A DNA stretch of 32,000 nucleotides from Candidatus Syntropharchaeum caldarium (lineage in GTDB: Archaea; Halobacteriota; Syntropharchaeia; Syntropharchaeales; Syntropharchaeaceae). The DNA lies in contig LYOS01000003.1 of the NCBI GenBank assembly GCA_001766815.1, positions 175,254-207,253 of the forward strand, in the 5' to 3' direction. This document shows, piece by piece, positions 7,601 through 14,559 of the stretch. The first letter of the stretch is position 1. Each line of letters opens with the position of its first letter. Both the position numbers and the translations under genes were made by a program. Under the pieces are notes generated by a model, which saw nothing but the letters and a program-made list of their open reading frames with translations, made no database searches and was not told the DNA's origin.

Positions 7601-8628
7601 TCTGCTGTATCTGCTGTCAGCTTGAGGAGATTCTGATGGTAGAGATTTGCCTGCCCAAAGTCCCACCAGTACGTCCCTTCTCCCATATCTTTATCCCCAA
7701 ATATCGGTCCATCCTTCTCAAATCGCTTAATCAACCCTTCAAGACGTTTTCGTTTCGCTTCATCAACAAATTGAGGTGAGGTTAGCGGCATCCATAGATC
7801 GGGATCTGTATCAAGTTTTCTCTTCTCCTCAAGGTCTTTCTTAAACCCAGCTGATCTGTCTTTTGCAAACTCATAAGAGACCGAGAAGCATCCAAGCCCT
7901 TTTGCGATATGTATCTTTCCATTTTTTTCCTTTACAACTCCCTCTTCAATCAGTTTCAGAAACTCATCCCATGTCTGTTTCTCAAGCAGTCTGGCACCCT
8001 CGCCATCAGGGATTACAAGCCCGTATGACTGCCAGTTCTTCTCCCATTCTTCACGTGTTTTTGGTGCTTCACCCCTTATACTCAGAAGTTCGACGTGATA
8101 TTTCCCCTCATATGATACGTCATCTGTTGATGGTATGAAAATCTGATCTGTCCAGAATACACAGAGCCTGCCACTGCGTGATGGCGCAAATATCGAGGTC
8201 TGATATATCACTGCTTCAAGAAGCCTCATTGGTACTTTCTTTCCATCCAGATCAAGCAATCCAGGGAGTCTGATCGCGGATTTATCATTCCCCTCTGATG
8301 CAACGATGGGCGCCATTCGCTTGCCATGACCCGCGGTATGGTAGATTGCAATCCTGCCGCCTTTCTCAAGAAGTGCATAGAGGTCTTCTTTTTTACAGAC
8401 TTCCCGCCATGCATTAAGTGTACCAAGAAGTTGACCTGCTTCCCATTCTTCAACAACGACATAAATTCGTGTATTTTCACCCATAATCTGATTTTTGACT
8501 TTGTTAAGTCTATCCTGCCAGAATAACGCCTGTTTCCTGCTTGATGTCACAACAATGACTCGATCAAATCCTTTAGAGGCACGAACGATCTCCTTCATCT
8601 GCTGTATATGGGTGTGATGCGAATTCAT
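4630..8628 (-). CDS. 1332-aa three-domain fusion of a GDP-fucose-pyrophosphorylase-like sugar-1-P nucleotidyltransferase, a type I mannose-6-phosphate isomerase and a phosphomannomutase/phosphoglucomutase
   Basis: The ORF is uninterrupted for 3999 nt. aa 1-480 are GFPP/fucokinase-N-like (FDRVIVVTSSRKQALFWQDRL, AIYHTAGHGKRMAP, LCVFWTDQIFIPS). aa ~483-768 are PMI type I (LKPARLDKAWGSEVW, SVQVHPSD, KMEGWYIL, IPAGTLHAIG, YRVWDWGR). aa ~770-1332 are PMM/PGM (IFQTYDVRA, TASHNEAAYNGLK, HDEDADR, AAELSGH, RKSNTQP). A GGGAGTGAT SD lies upstream of the ATG. Confidence 0.85.
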   Translation of the reverse strand: MNSHHTHIQQMKEIVRASKGFDRVIVVTSSRKQALFWQDRLNKVKNQIMGENTRIYVVVEEWEAGQLLGTLNAWREVCKKEDLYALLEKGGRIAIYHTAGHGKRMAPIVASEGNDKSAIRLPGLLDLDGKKVPMRLLEAVIYQTSIFAPSRSGRLCVFWTDQIFIPSTDDVSYEGKYHVELLSIRGEAPKTREEWEKNWQSYGLVIPDGEGARLLEKQTWDEFLKLIEEGVVKEKNGKIHIAKGLGCFSVSYEFAKDRSAGFKKDLEEKRKLDTDPDLWMPLTSPQFVDEAKRKRLEGLIKRFEKDGPIFGDKDMGEGTYWWDFGQANLYHQNLLKLTADTAEGETMRRFFGEGSSPLVDSTIYNSDLAACVVVSSMLNEVHATESLIYNCIELSGFSADKEVVSDIFHPEKGKIRMRRGIFRDGKKDWDKRLLPNPYSYSELEKLMENVTHDEMEKEKRIWEKYFAAGFGKLFDELSHSVLRLKPARLDKAWGSEVWTASTHPANQTMVETGEIEIPLIHLLNHASDKILGGVIARDFRGEFPIITKFIESKENLSVQVHPSDDDAAALGECDPGKMEGWYILDAQKDAKIYLSLCKTITDLAMIDDSCLNAVDVKQGDVFLIPAGTLHAIGAGVRLFEIQESSNLTYRVWDWGRDRELQIEKAQKVCVFNRDAASLRQQPVERDGEINLLDTVYFTLSTIGSGRWETKGSFHLLTCIEGEATLEVGEKHEVLKTGDTVLVPASIDSYNLSTKGKVLNAYLRTPESIDPVIFQTYDVRALEKDLPDRVCYYLGMGYGTYLRRLKGAEPGTLWVCVGGGVRLSTERIRKPLIDGIRKSGVNVYDVGITTTPELYFSIPFLNADGGINITASHNEAAYNGLKQVIKDADGFILSINSDQMLEIKRTILESDFLYGNGEYVKIEEGLIPRYHNILVESNCRLSRPVWIHLRKNWELKPLLDTLSGIKFPESIDEEKWKEIRAKLRIPDEFDMPETAVERPLDGLKVVIDFGNGTGWRTVSVYENLGCEVVALNDVPDGNFPAHHPDPIKAKYRQELENTVVKIAASESEKEVVGFGHDEDADRVIFIRSDGRVVEGDRTLAIQAKDILSDWDCPTRKPKFIGEVKFSRVAEEFITACGGEYIMTPTGFAFIKKRMREIYKQGEDVVLAAELSGHQMSGHDENWMFDDGTLAAVKILTVIAKARRKGMTFIDLDEEVPRYPATPEINIRLPTNNLAEKEEIVNTVIKVFEEMGLEIDRTDGGIVKWQDENGWLGQALVRKSNTQPMMICRIEGRDEEAKRMIEDVFFDVLASVSTPAVDRLDLESDDYVKSRLKQ

Positions 8629-8650
8629 ACTGTGATATCACTCCCAAACG

Positions 8651-8685
8651 ATAAATATATTCTTTCTCTACCAAAAAATATATAA
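8651..8685. promoter_or_regulatory. Divergent promoter region with two TATA-like boxes between the fusion gene (minus) and the small ORF (plus)
   Basis: ATAAATATATT (8651-8661) and AAAAAATATATAA (8673-8685) sit in the 118-nt gap between divergent start codons at 8628 and 8747. The call rests on position and composition only. Confidence 0.3.
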
Positions 8686-8746
8686 CAATTCACTGTGATT
8701 AAATGCTGGATATTAATATTAATGGATGTCCAGGAGGTGATATAAG

Positions 8747-9040
8747 ATGGGACTCACGGCAAGAGAGACACTTGAACGACATGCGAGCGCTGCCATTGCA
8801 GGAGATATGGATACTGTGCTTGCAGATCTCACACCCGAGATTGCTGCAAACATCGGACCTGTCGCAGAGGCACTGGCAAAGGTAAATCCAACCTCATTTG
8901 AGATCATGGATGAGGCGAAAGAAGGTGCGAACTACGTCTTCACGTACCGCTACATCGGAAAAGATAGCGATCTAAAGCTCAAAACCGTATGGGAACTTCA
9001 GGGCGATGCATGGAAGATAGTTGCAGCCGAACCACTATAG
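8747..9040 (+). CDS. Small hypothetical protein (97 aa), possibly with an NTF2/SnoaL-like fold
   Basis: A strong SD, GGAGGTGA, lies 6-7 nt upstream of the ATG. The composition looks coding and there are no recognisable catalytic motifs. The fold guess comes only from the pattern ...AIAGDMDTVLADL...W.L.GD.WKI. Confidence 0.55.
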   Translation: MGLTARETLERHASAAIAGDMDTVLADLTPEIAANIGPVAEALAKVNPTSFEIMDEAKEGANYVFTYRYIGKDSDLKLKTVWELQGDAWKIVAAEPL

Positions 9041-9448
9041 TTATTTACCAGCCAACGGATTCACACCGAGCTTCTTTACAGTCTCTGTAAACTCCTCGAC
9101 AATCTCTGCAAAACTCTTTCCAGCCGCCTCAAGCTGAAATACCTCAAGCCGCTCTTCACCAAGACCGATCGTTTTGAGATGCCCTTTTAATATCTCCACT
9201 CGCCGCTTTGCGTGGTTGTTACCGTTTAGATAGAGACATCTACCATCCATACATGCTGCAACAAATACACCGTCTGCACCCATCTCAAACGCCTTCAGGA
9301 TATGCATCACGTCTGTTTTTCCGCTGCATGGAAGTCGAATTATTCTTAAATTCGATGGATAACTTCTTTTCTCAACGCCTGCACGATCAGCAGCTGCGTA
9401 CGAGCACGAATTGCAGCAGAACCCGATGATCTTCGGTTCAAATGTCAT
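9041..9448 (-). CDS. mvhD: MvhD-type (methyl-viologen-reducing hydrogenase delta subunit / FlpD family) [2Fe-2S] adaptor protein, copy b
   Basis: IIGFCCNSCSYAAADRAG...YPSNLRIIRLPCSGKTD...GADGVFVAACMDGRCLY is the MvhD signature with its cysteines retained. The start overlaps the hdrA stop by 4 nt. Confidence 0.85.
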   Translation of the reverse strand: MTFEPKIIGFCCNSCSYAAADRAGVEKRSYPSNLRIIRLPCSGKTDVMHILKAFEMGADGVFVAACMDGRCLYLNGNNHAKRRVEILKGHLKTIGLGEERLEVFQLEAAGKSFAEIVEEFTETVKKLGVNPLAGK

Positions 9449-12006
9449 GAGACCACCCCCAGTACCTCTTCAAGCTGTGCAAGGATCTCATCATCAGAGA
9501 AACATCCAACCTGAATCGCCTTTGCAGGACATTCTGATGCACAGACGCCACAACCACGACAAAGCCCTGATATAATCTCTGCACGATCGTAGACCATCCT
9601 GACAGCCTTGTATGGACAGAGATCAACGCACGTCTCGCATGCGATACATGCTGTCTGTGAGACCTTTGCAATCTCTCCTTTCCCCTGGATACTCGTTGAT
9701 TTAAGCACTCTCAGGGCACGCCCAGCAGCACCAATTGCATCACGCAGGGCTTCTTCGGGTGTAACGGGTCTTTTTGCATTCCCGCAGACATAGATCCCAT
9801 CTATCACGGTATCAAGTGGATACAGGCTCACTTCTGGCTGATTTGAGAGTGTAAAGATGTAACCTGCATCATCAAGCTTCAATCTGAAGTTAAATGCAAT
9901 CTTGAGACGGTCTGATACCGGAGCAGGATCAACTCCACCCCCCAGCACAACAAGATCTGGCTTGATCTGGACTTCATCGCCGAGCATCGTATCAAAGACT
10001 GATACGATCCCATCCTCGTAGACTGGTGGGTTATCTGGTTCATATCTCAGGAATATGACTCCACTCGCCCTTGCATCCCTGTAAAGCTTCTCATAGATGC
10101 CATACGTCTTAACATCCTCGCAGAGCACGAATACTTCAGTCTGAGGATTATTCTTCCTGATCTCAAGTGCGTTTGCGACCATCTCGATGCTTGCGACCAT
10201 CGACGAATCACACTGGATCATCGCAACAGCCTTTGCATCGATCCCTGGATCAAGTTCAGCCTGGGTTATGACCTTTGAATCAGAACCATGGCCATACCTC
10301 CCTGCCGGGTCAAATGGTGATGCACCTGTTGCGATCACGATCGCACCAAACTCAAGCGTGCTATCACCCACACGAGCGGTGAAGTTTCCAACAAAGCCAT
10401 CGATCTGGTCGATCTCGGTTGAGGTCATAACCTCGATTAAAGTATTTGATTCAACCTGCCCGATGAGGTCGCTGACAGCTTCATCTGGTGCACCACCACC
10501 GAGTTTATCCTCACGCTCGACCAAGTATACACCGATGCCGTTTGATGCAATCTCGAGTGATGCCCGCATACCAGCTATGCCTCCACCGATCACAAGTGCC
10601 TTCTGTGTAACGGGCAATCGTGCAACCTCGATTGGGGAGAGTCTTTTGAGCTTTGCTGCTGCCATCCTGATGAGATCGATCGATTTTGTGGTTGCTTCAT
10701 CACGTGGGTGCACCCATGCAGCATGCTCACGGATGTTTGCAATCTCAACAAGATAGCGGTTCAGACCCGCTCGCTCTGCCATGTCCCGCACCATCTCCTC
10801 ATGCTTGCGGTGCGAGAGACCTGCAACGATGATTCGGTTTGAGCCTGCTGTAACAAGCGACCCGATCTTTGATTCAAGTTCCTGTAAGGTTGCTGCCTCT
10901 TCGAGTGATGCTGCCAGATCTTTGATGCCAGCCTTCAACCTCTCAAGGTCAAGGTACTCGGCGAGGCCGTCTGTGAGGATGACAGCTCCGATCACGGGAT
11001 CACCTGAGATCTCGATCTCTGGAATGGATTTAGCCTGAGGGGATAGATCCTCTGCTGCAAGTGTTGCTGCTGCCTCTGCCTGGATCACTGAGTCTGAGAT
11101 CCTCAAAGGTGTTGATACACAGCCCGCAGCATATATGCCATCGACCGATGTCTTTACACCATCACTCACCTTGATGTAGCCATCCTCGTCAAGCTCGACG
11201 CCGGTGAGTTCTGAGATCTTCTGTGTGGATTTTGATGGGAGCAGTCCGACAGCAAGCACAACCGCATCGAGATCGAGTCGCTCGAGTTTTCCCTCTTTTA
11301 CATTTTCATACTGGACACAGATATTGCCGTTGTCTGTTATAACCTCGGGGATGCGGGTTCTGATGTAGTTGACACCCTCTGCCTTGAGCTTCTCGATCGT
11401 CTTTGCATCCCTGCCTGCAACCCTCAGATCCATGTAGAAGACGTATACCTCCACGTCTGGATTGCGGGCAAGCAGTGTCTTCACCTCGTTTGCGGTGTAC
11501 ATGCAGCAGACCGATGAGCAGAGTGGGTTGACATCTGGCTCACGTGAACCGATACACTGGATGAATCCGATTTTATTGATGTTATCAGGGAGTTTACCAC
11601 CTGTGGGGCTTGAGAGCGAGATCACTCGCTCGAATTCGAGCGAGGTATAGACGTTTGGATTTTCAAGGTGATAGCGTGACCAGATCGATGGATCAAATGG
11701 TTCATAGCCTGTTGCAAGTATGATCGATGATGCGTTTATGGTGCTGCCGTTTGAGAGCGTTATCGTGAAGTTTCCGGCTACACCATCGACCTTCTCAATG
11801 GTTGTACCTGTTATGATCTCGATCAATGGGTTTGCCTCAGCCTCGATCAGTTTTGGTTCAAAGCCGCTCACACAGTCGGCAATCTCTACCATGTGGCCGC
11901 CTGGTGTCTCTTTCTCCTCGATCAACGTGACCGACGTCCCCCTGTCTGCTAAAGAGAGGGCAGCCATGATTCCAGCTATCCCACCACCGATTACAGCGAC
12001 GGTCAT
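9445..12006 (-). CDS. hdrA: Tandem (double) HdrA-like flavoprotein with two FAD-binding halves, an internal cysteine-free HdrA-N-domain copy and a C-terminal 2x[4Fe-4S] ferredoxin domain
   Basis: There are two Rossmann motifs (VAVIGGGIAGIMAALSLADRG, ALVIGGGIAGMRASLEIASNG). CIGSRE and CSSVCC occur only in half 1. The internal region has EIANIREHAAWVHPRDEAT. The C-terminus has CIACETCVDLCP and CRGCGVCASECP. The start directly abuts the hdrB stop. Confidence 0.85.
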   Translation of the reverse strand: MTVAVIGGGIAGIMAALSLADRGTSVTLIEEKETPGGHMVEIADCVSGFEPKLIEAEANPLIEIITGTTIEKVDGVAGNFTITLSNGSTINASSIILATGYEPFDPSIWSRYHLENPNVYTSLEFERVISLSSPTGGKLPDNINKIGFIQCIGSREPDVNPLCSSVCCMYTANEVKTLLARNPDVEVYVFYMDLRVAGRDAKTIEKLKAEGVNYIRTRIPEVITDNGNICVQYENVKEGKLERLDLDAVVLAVGLLPSKSTQKISELTGVELDEDGYIKVSDGVKTSVDGIYAAGCVSTPLRISDSVIQAEAAATLAAEDLSPQAKSIPEIEISGDPVIGAVILTDGLAEYLDLERLKAGIKDLAASLEEAATLQELESKIGSLVTAGSNRIIVAGLSHRKHEEMVRDMAERAGLNRYLVEIANIREHAAWVHPRDEATTKSIDLIRMAAAKLKRLSPIEVARLPVTQKALVIGGGIAGMRASLEIASNGIGVYLVEREDKLGGGAPDEAVSDLIGQVESNTLIEVMTSTEIDQIDGFVGNFTARVGDSTLEFGAIVIATGASPFDPAGRYGHGSDSKVITQAELDPGIDAKAVAMIQCDSSMVASIEMVANALEIRKNNPQTEVFVLCEDVKTYGIYEKLYRDARASGVIFLRYEPDNPPVYEDGIVSVFDTMLGDEVQIKPDLVVLGGGVDPAPVSDRLKIAFNFRLKLDDAGYIFTLSNQPEVSLYPLDTVIDGIYVCGNAKRPVTPEEALRDAIGAAGRALRVLKSTSIQGKGEIAKVSQTACIACETCVDLCPYKAVRMVYDRAEIISGLCRGCGVCASECPAKAIQVGCFSDDEILAQLEEVLGVVS

Positions 12007-12885
12007 TTAGATCACTTTCTCCTCGATAGTTTTTGTCGATACGATGTTCTTGTTCAGACCAAGCTTCTTTGGATCGATTCCGAGACCCAGACCGACAAAC
12101 TGTGTGAAATAAAGAACTGGCATATCGAGCTTAATCCCAAAAGCAGCCTCGATATCGGGTTGCTTTGCATCAAGCATCATATGGCAGAGTGGGCATGCAG
12201 TCACGACACAGTCTGCACCCTTTGCCTTCGCATCCTCAAGCAGGTTCTTTGTCATCTCAAATGCAAGGTCGCTTCGTGTCATCATCAAAGGCCCGCCACA
12301 GCACTTTGCTTTCATCTGACTGTATGGTATCACCTCACCACCGAGTGCCTCTATCATCTTATCCATCGTTTCAGGGTTGTCAGGATCGTCAAATCCAAGC
12401 CTCGATGGTCGTCCCATGTAGCAGCCATAGTAAGGAGCAACCTTCACTGGTATCTTCTTCTCGATTCTCTTGGCTATCTCATCCAGCCCTATCTCGTTGA
12501 CGATGACATCAACAACATGCTTTGCCTTCACCGAGCCCTTGTACTCAAGTGCTGGATCGATCGCTTTCAGCTTACCCTTAAGCTCTTCATCACCCTCAAT
12601 TGCCTCATTTGTACGGGCGAGGTTATAGAAGCAGACACTGCAGGATGTTACCATCATCTTGAGGTCATCCTTCTCTGCGATGGCAAGGTTTCTTGCATTC
12701 AGGGCATAGACCATCATTGGATCTTCCGCCTCTGCCGCACCACAACAGTTCCAATCTTCAACCTCGATAAGTTCAATCCCCAGCTTCTCGAAGATTGCTT
12801 TTGTTGACATGTCCTGTTCGATCGCATGCGACTCGCTTGGACAGCCCGGATAATACGCAAGTTTACTTACAGCCATCTCAATCAC
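12007..12885 (-). CDS. hdrB: CoB-CoM heterodisulfide reductase subunit B (two intact CCG domains)
   Basis: YYPGCPSE...WNCCGAAEA...VTSCSVCFYN and YYGCYMGRP...AKCCGGPLM...VTACPLCHMM are both complete. An alternative ATG at 12876 (MAVSK...) would remove the 8-nt overlap with hdrC. Confidence 0.9.
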   Translation of the reverse strand: MIEMAVSKLAYYPGCPSESHAIEQDMSTKAIFEKLGIELIEVEDWNCCGAAEAEDPMMVYALNARNLAIAEKDDLKMMVTSCSVCFYNLARTNEAIEGDEELKGKLKAIDPALEYKGSVKAKHVVDVIVNEIGLDEIAKRIEKKIPVKVAPYYGCYMGRPSRLGFDDPDNPETMDKMIEALGGEVIPYSQMKAKCCGGPLMMTRSDLAFEMTKNLLEDAKAKGADCVVTACPLCHMMLDAKQPDIEAAFGIKLDMPVLYFTQFVGLGLGIDPKKLGLNKNIVSTKTIEEKVI

Positions 12886-13474
12886 CCAGCTCCTTAAAGA
12901 TTTTCTTTACCTCACCTATCCGCTTTATCTTTGGGGGAAGCATCGACTTTGGCCCCATCTTTCCTTTCTTGAAGAGTCTCATCCCGAGCTTCTGATAGTC
13001 CTTCTGCATCGCTAACATACCTGAAATAAGACCCCCATGTGCTTTCTTGTAATATTCCATCGAGAGCCCCATCTCATACAGTCTGCCGTACTTCTCAAGC
13101 TGGTGCATAAACGCCTCCTCAAAGATTGGTCTGACAGCTTTAAGCTTAATATTGCCTTTGTGAGCTTCTTTTTCTGCAATCCGCCTGATAGCACCCATCA
13201 GGTCAGAGATCTTCACATCCTGTGGGCAGCGTTCAGAGCATGTCTGACAGACAGCACAGAGCCATATCTCTTCACTCTCAAGAACTTCATTTCTCATGCC
13301 AAGCAGGCTCATCTGTATTATTTTTCTCGGATTGTACGTTGATACAAGTTCTGAGATCGGGCATCCGACCGTACATGTTGAGCACTGGAAGCACTTCATG
13401 ATATTCTCGCCGCCAGGCATTGATGCTATTTCATACTTGAAGTTTGGAACGAGATCCCACGTCTTGATAGCCAA
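12878..13474 (-). CDS. hdrC: CoB-CoM heterodisulfide reductase subunit C (2x[4Fe-4S])
   Basis: CFQCSTCTVGCP and CAVCQTCSERCP are present, length is 198 aa, and the gene sits directly upstream of hdrB. Confidence 0.85.
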   Translation of the reverse strand: MAIKTWDLVPNFKYEIASMPGGENIMKCFQCSTCTVGCPISELVSTYNPRKIIQMSLLGMRNEVLESEEIWLCAVCQTCSERCPQDVKISDLMGAIRRIAEKEAHKGNIKLKAVRPIFEEAFMHQLEKYGRLYEMGLSMEYYKKAHGGLISGMLAMQKDYQKLGMRLFKKGKMGPKSMLPPKIKRIGEVKKIFKELGD

Positions 13475-13480
13475 CTTAGA

Positions 13481-14536
13481 TCACCTCGGCTCAAGTTCGT
13501 CTTCTTCATACGTCGTGAGTGGGAGTGGTTCTTCGAGATCCACACCTGGCACATAATCGAAGATCGCCTGCACGTTCTTTGCCACAAGCGGGTAAATTGC
13601 TGTCAACGGCAATCCTTTTGGACACGCATCTTCACACGCACCGCATGCGACACATGTAACGCAGACGTGGTATGCCCTCGTTAAGTGATAGAATAGACCG
13701 TAAGGCGGCATTCGAAGATCTCCCCGGGTATTTGCGAGGTTCAGCATATCACCGCCACGGGGATCACCAAGAGGTTGCTCAAAGAAACATTCCTTACAGT
13801 AGCAGACAGGGCACATATCCCTGCAGTTCTTGCAGACAATACAATCATTCAATGCCTCAAGAAGTTTTACCGGGTCGTTCAATGCCTCGAGGTCTTTCTT
13901 GAGTGCTTCTCGTCCACTATCTGCTGCTGATTTTATCTCATCCTTGAGTGAAGAGCGATCAATCTCCTTCTCATCGAGCGTTATGCCCTCGACCTTCGAG
14001 AGTGCAGCCTCGCCCTTTTCATTGAGCACCATGAGCGTTGTTGTATCAAGCCCTGTATAGCAGATCCCAAGATCGCCGATATCTCCAAGCTTCGTCTCAC
14101 ACATCGTGCAGGCAGATCTCATCTCAATGCCTTCTATGCTCCCGGTGAGTTTATCCCCGATCTTATCGGCATTTGCTGTGTAATCTTCATTCTTGAATGT
14201 TCCAGGACAATCAACACTGATTAAAAGAACTGCATCTGGATTGATCTGCTCGAGCTTGACAAGTTCGATCACCGCACGCGCCTCACATGGCTTGAATACA
14301 AGTCCAAGAACTTTATCCTCAACCAGCCACTTTCTCAGGCTATTTGCAGCATTGAAACCAAACGACGGTGCAAATGGAGCAGGACTCTTTATTTTCTCAG
14401 GATCAGTTACAAGTGTATAGATGATGCTTTTTCCTGATTTCTGTGGGACCACCAGTCCATCTACTGCTCCACCCGACAGAAGTCCTTTGAATAGACTAAT
14501 AAGTCCTTCATCACCCACTTCAGCACATTTTACCAT
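13481..14536 (-). CDS. Iron-sulfur protein with an FrhB/FdhB-family-like N-terminal part and a C-terminal two-cluster ferredoxin domain; a possible F420- or flavin-dependent electron-input subunit
   Basis: The N-terminal layout resembles FrhB (GLLSGGAVDGLVV; LGLVFKPCEARAVIELVK; LLISVDCPGTF; CTMCETKLGDIGDLGICYTG versus the FrhB-type C..C.D.....aDvs.G). The C-terminus has CIVCKNCRDMCPVCYC and CVTCVACGACEDACP. A GGAGGATGA SD lies upstream. Confidence 0.5.
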   Translation of the reverse strand: MVKCAEVGDEGLISLFKGLLSGGAVDGLVVPQKSGKSIIYTLVTDPEKIKSPAPFAPSFGFNAANSLRKWLVEDKVLGLVFKPCEARAVIELVKLEQINPDAVLLISVDCPGTFKNEDYTANADKIGDKLTGSIEGIEMRSACTMCETKLGDIGDLGICYTGLDTTTLMVLNEKGEAALSKVEGITLDEKEIDRSSLKDEIKSAADSGREALKKDLEALNDPVKLLEALNDCIVCKNCRDMCPVCYCKECFFEQPLGDPRGGDMLNLANTRGDLRMPPYGLFYHLTRAYHVCVTCVACGACEDACPKGLPLTAIYPLVAKNVQAIFDYVPGVDLEEPLPLTTYEEDELEPR

Positions 14537-14559
14537 ACTTCATCCTCCACATACGAAAT

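Noticed and set aside
4630-8628. Possibility that the 1332-aa ORF is three genes merged by an assembly or frameshift error.
   Set aside because: There are no stops in 3999 nt. Both junctions join directly at the native N-terminal motifs of the downstream enzymes, without leftover start or stop remnants or intergenic-like sequence. This still deserves a read-level check.
8632-8641. Perfect 10-bp palindrome GTGATATCAC 3 nt upstream of the start of the 1332-aa gene, plus a second ACTGTGAT copy at 8692-8699.
   Set aside because: On the minus strand the palindrome is part of GGGAGTGAT, which is adequately explained as the Shine-Dalgarno sequence. The 8-nt repeat is too short to claim significance without statistics.
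8712-8723. Perfect 12-bp A/T palindrome ATTAATATTAAT about 25-35 nt upstream of the small ORF at 8747; possibly an operator or an alternative TATA box.
   Set aside because: A/T-only palindromes are expected in archaeal promoter DNA. I cannot distinguish a regulator site from a TATA element by eye, so it was left as part of the promoter region.
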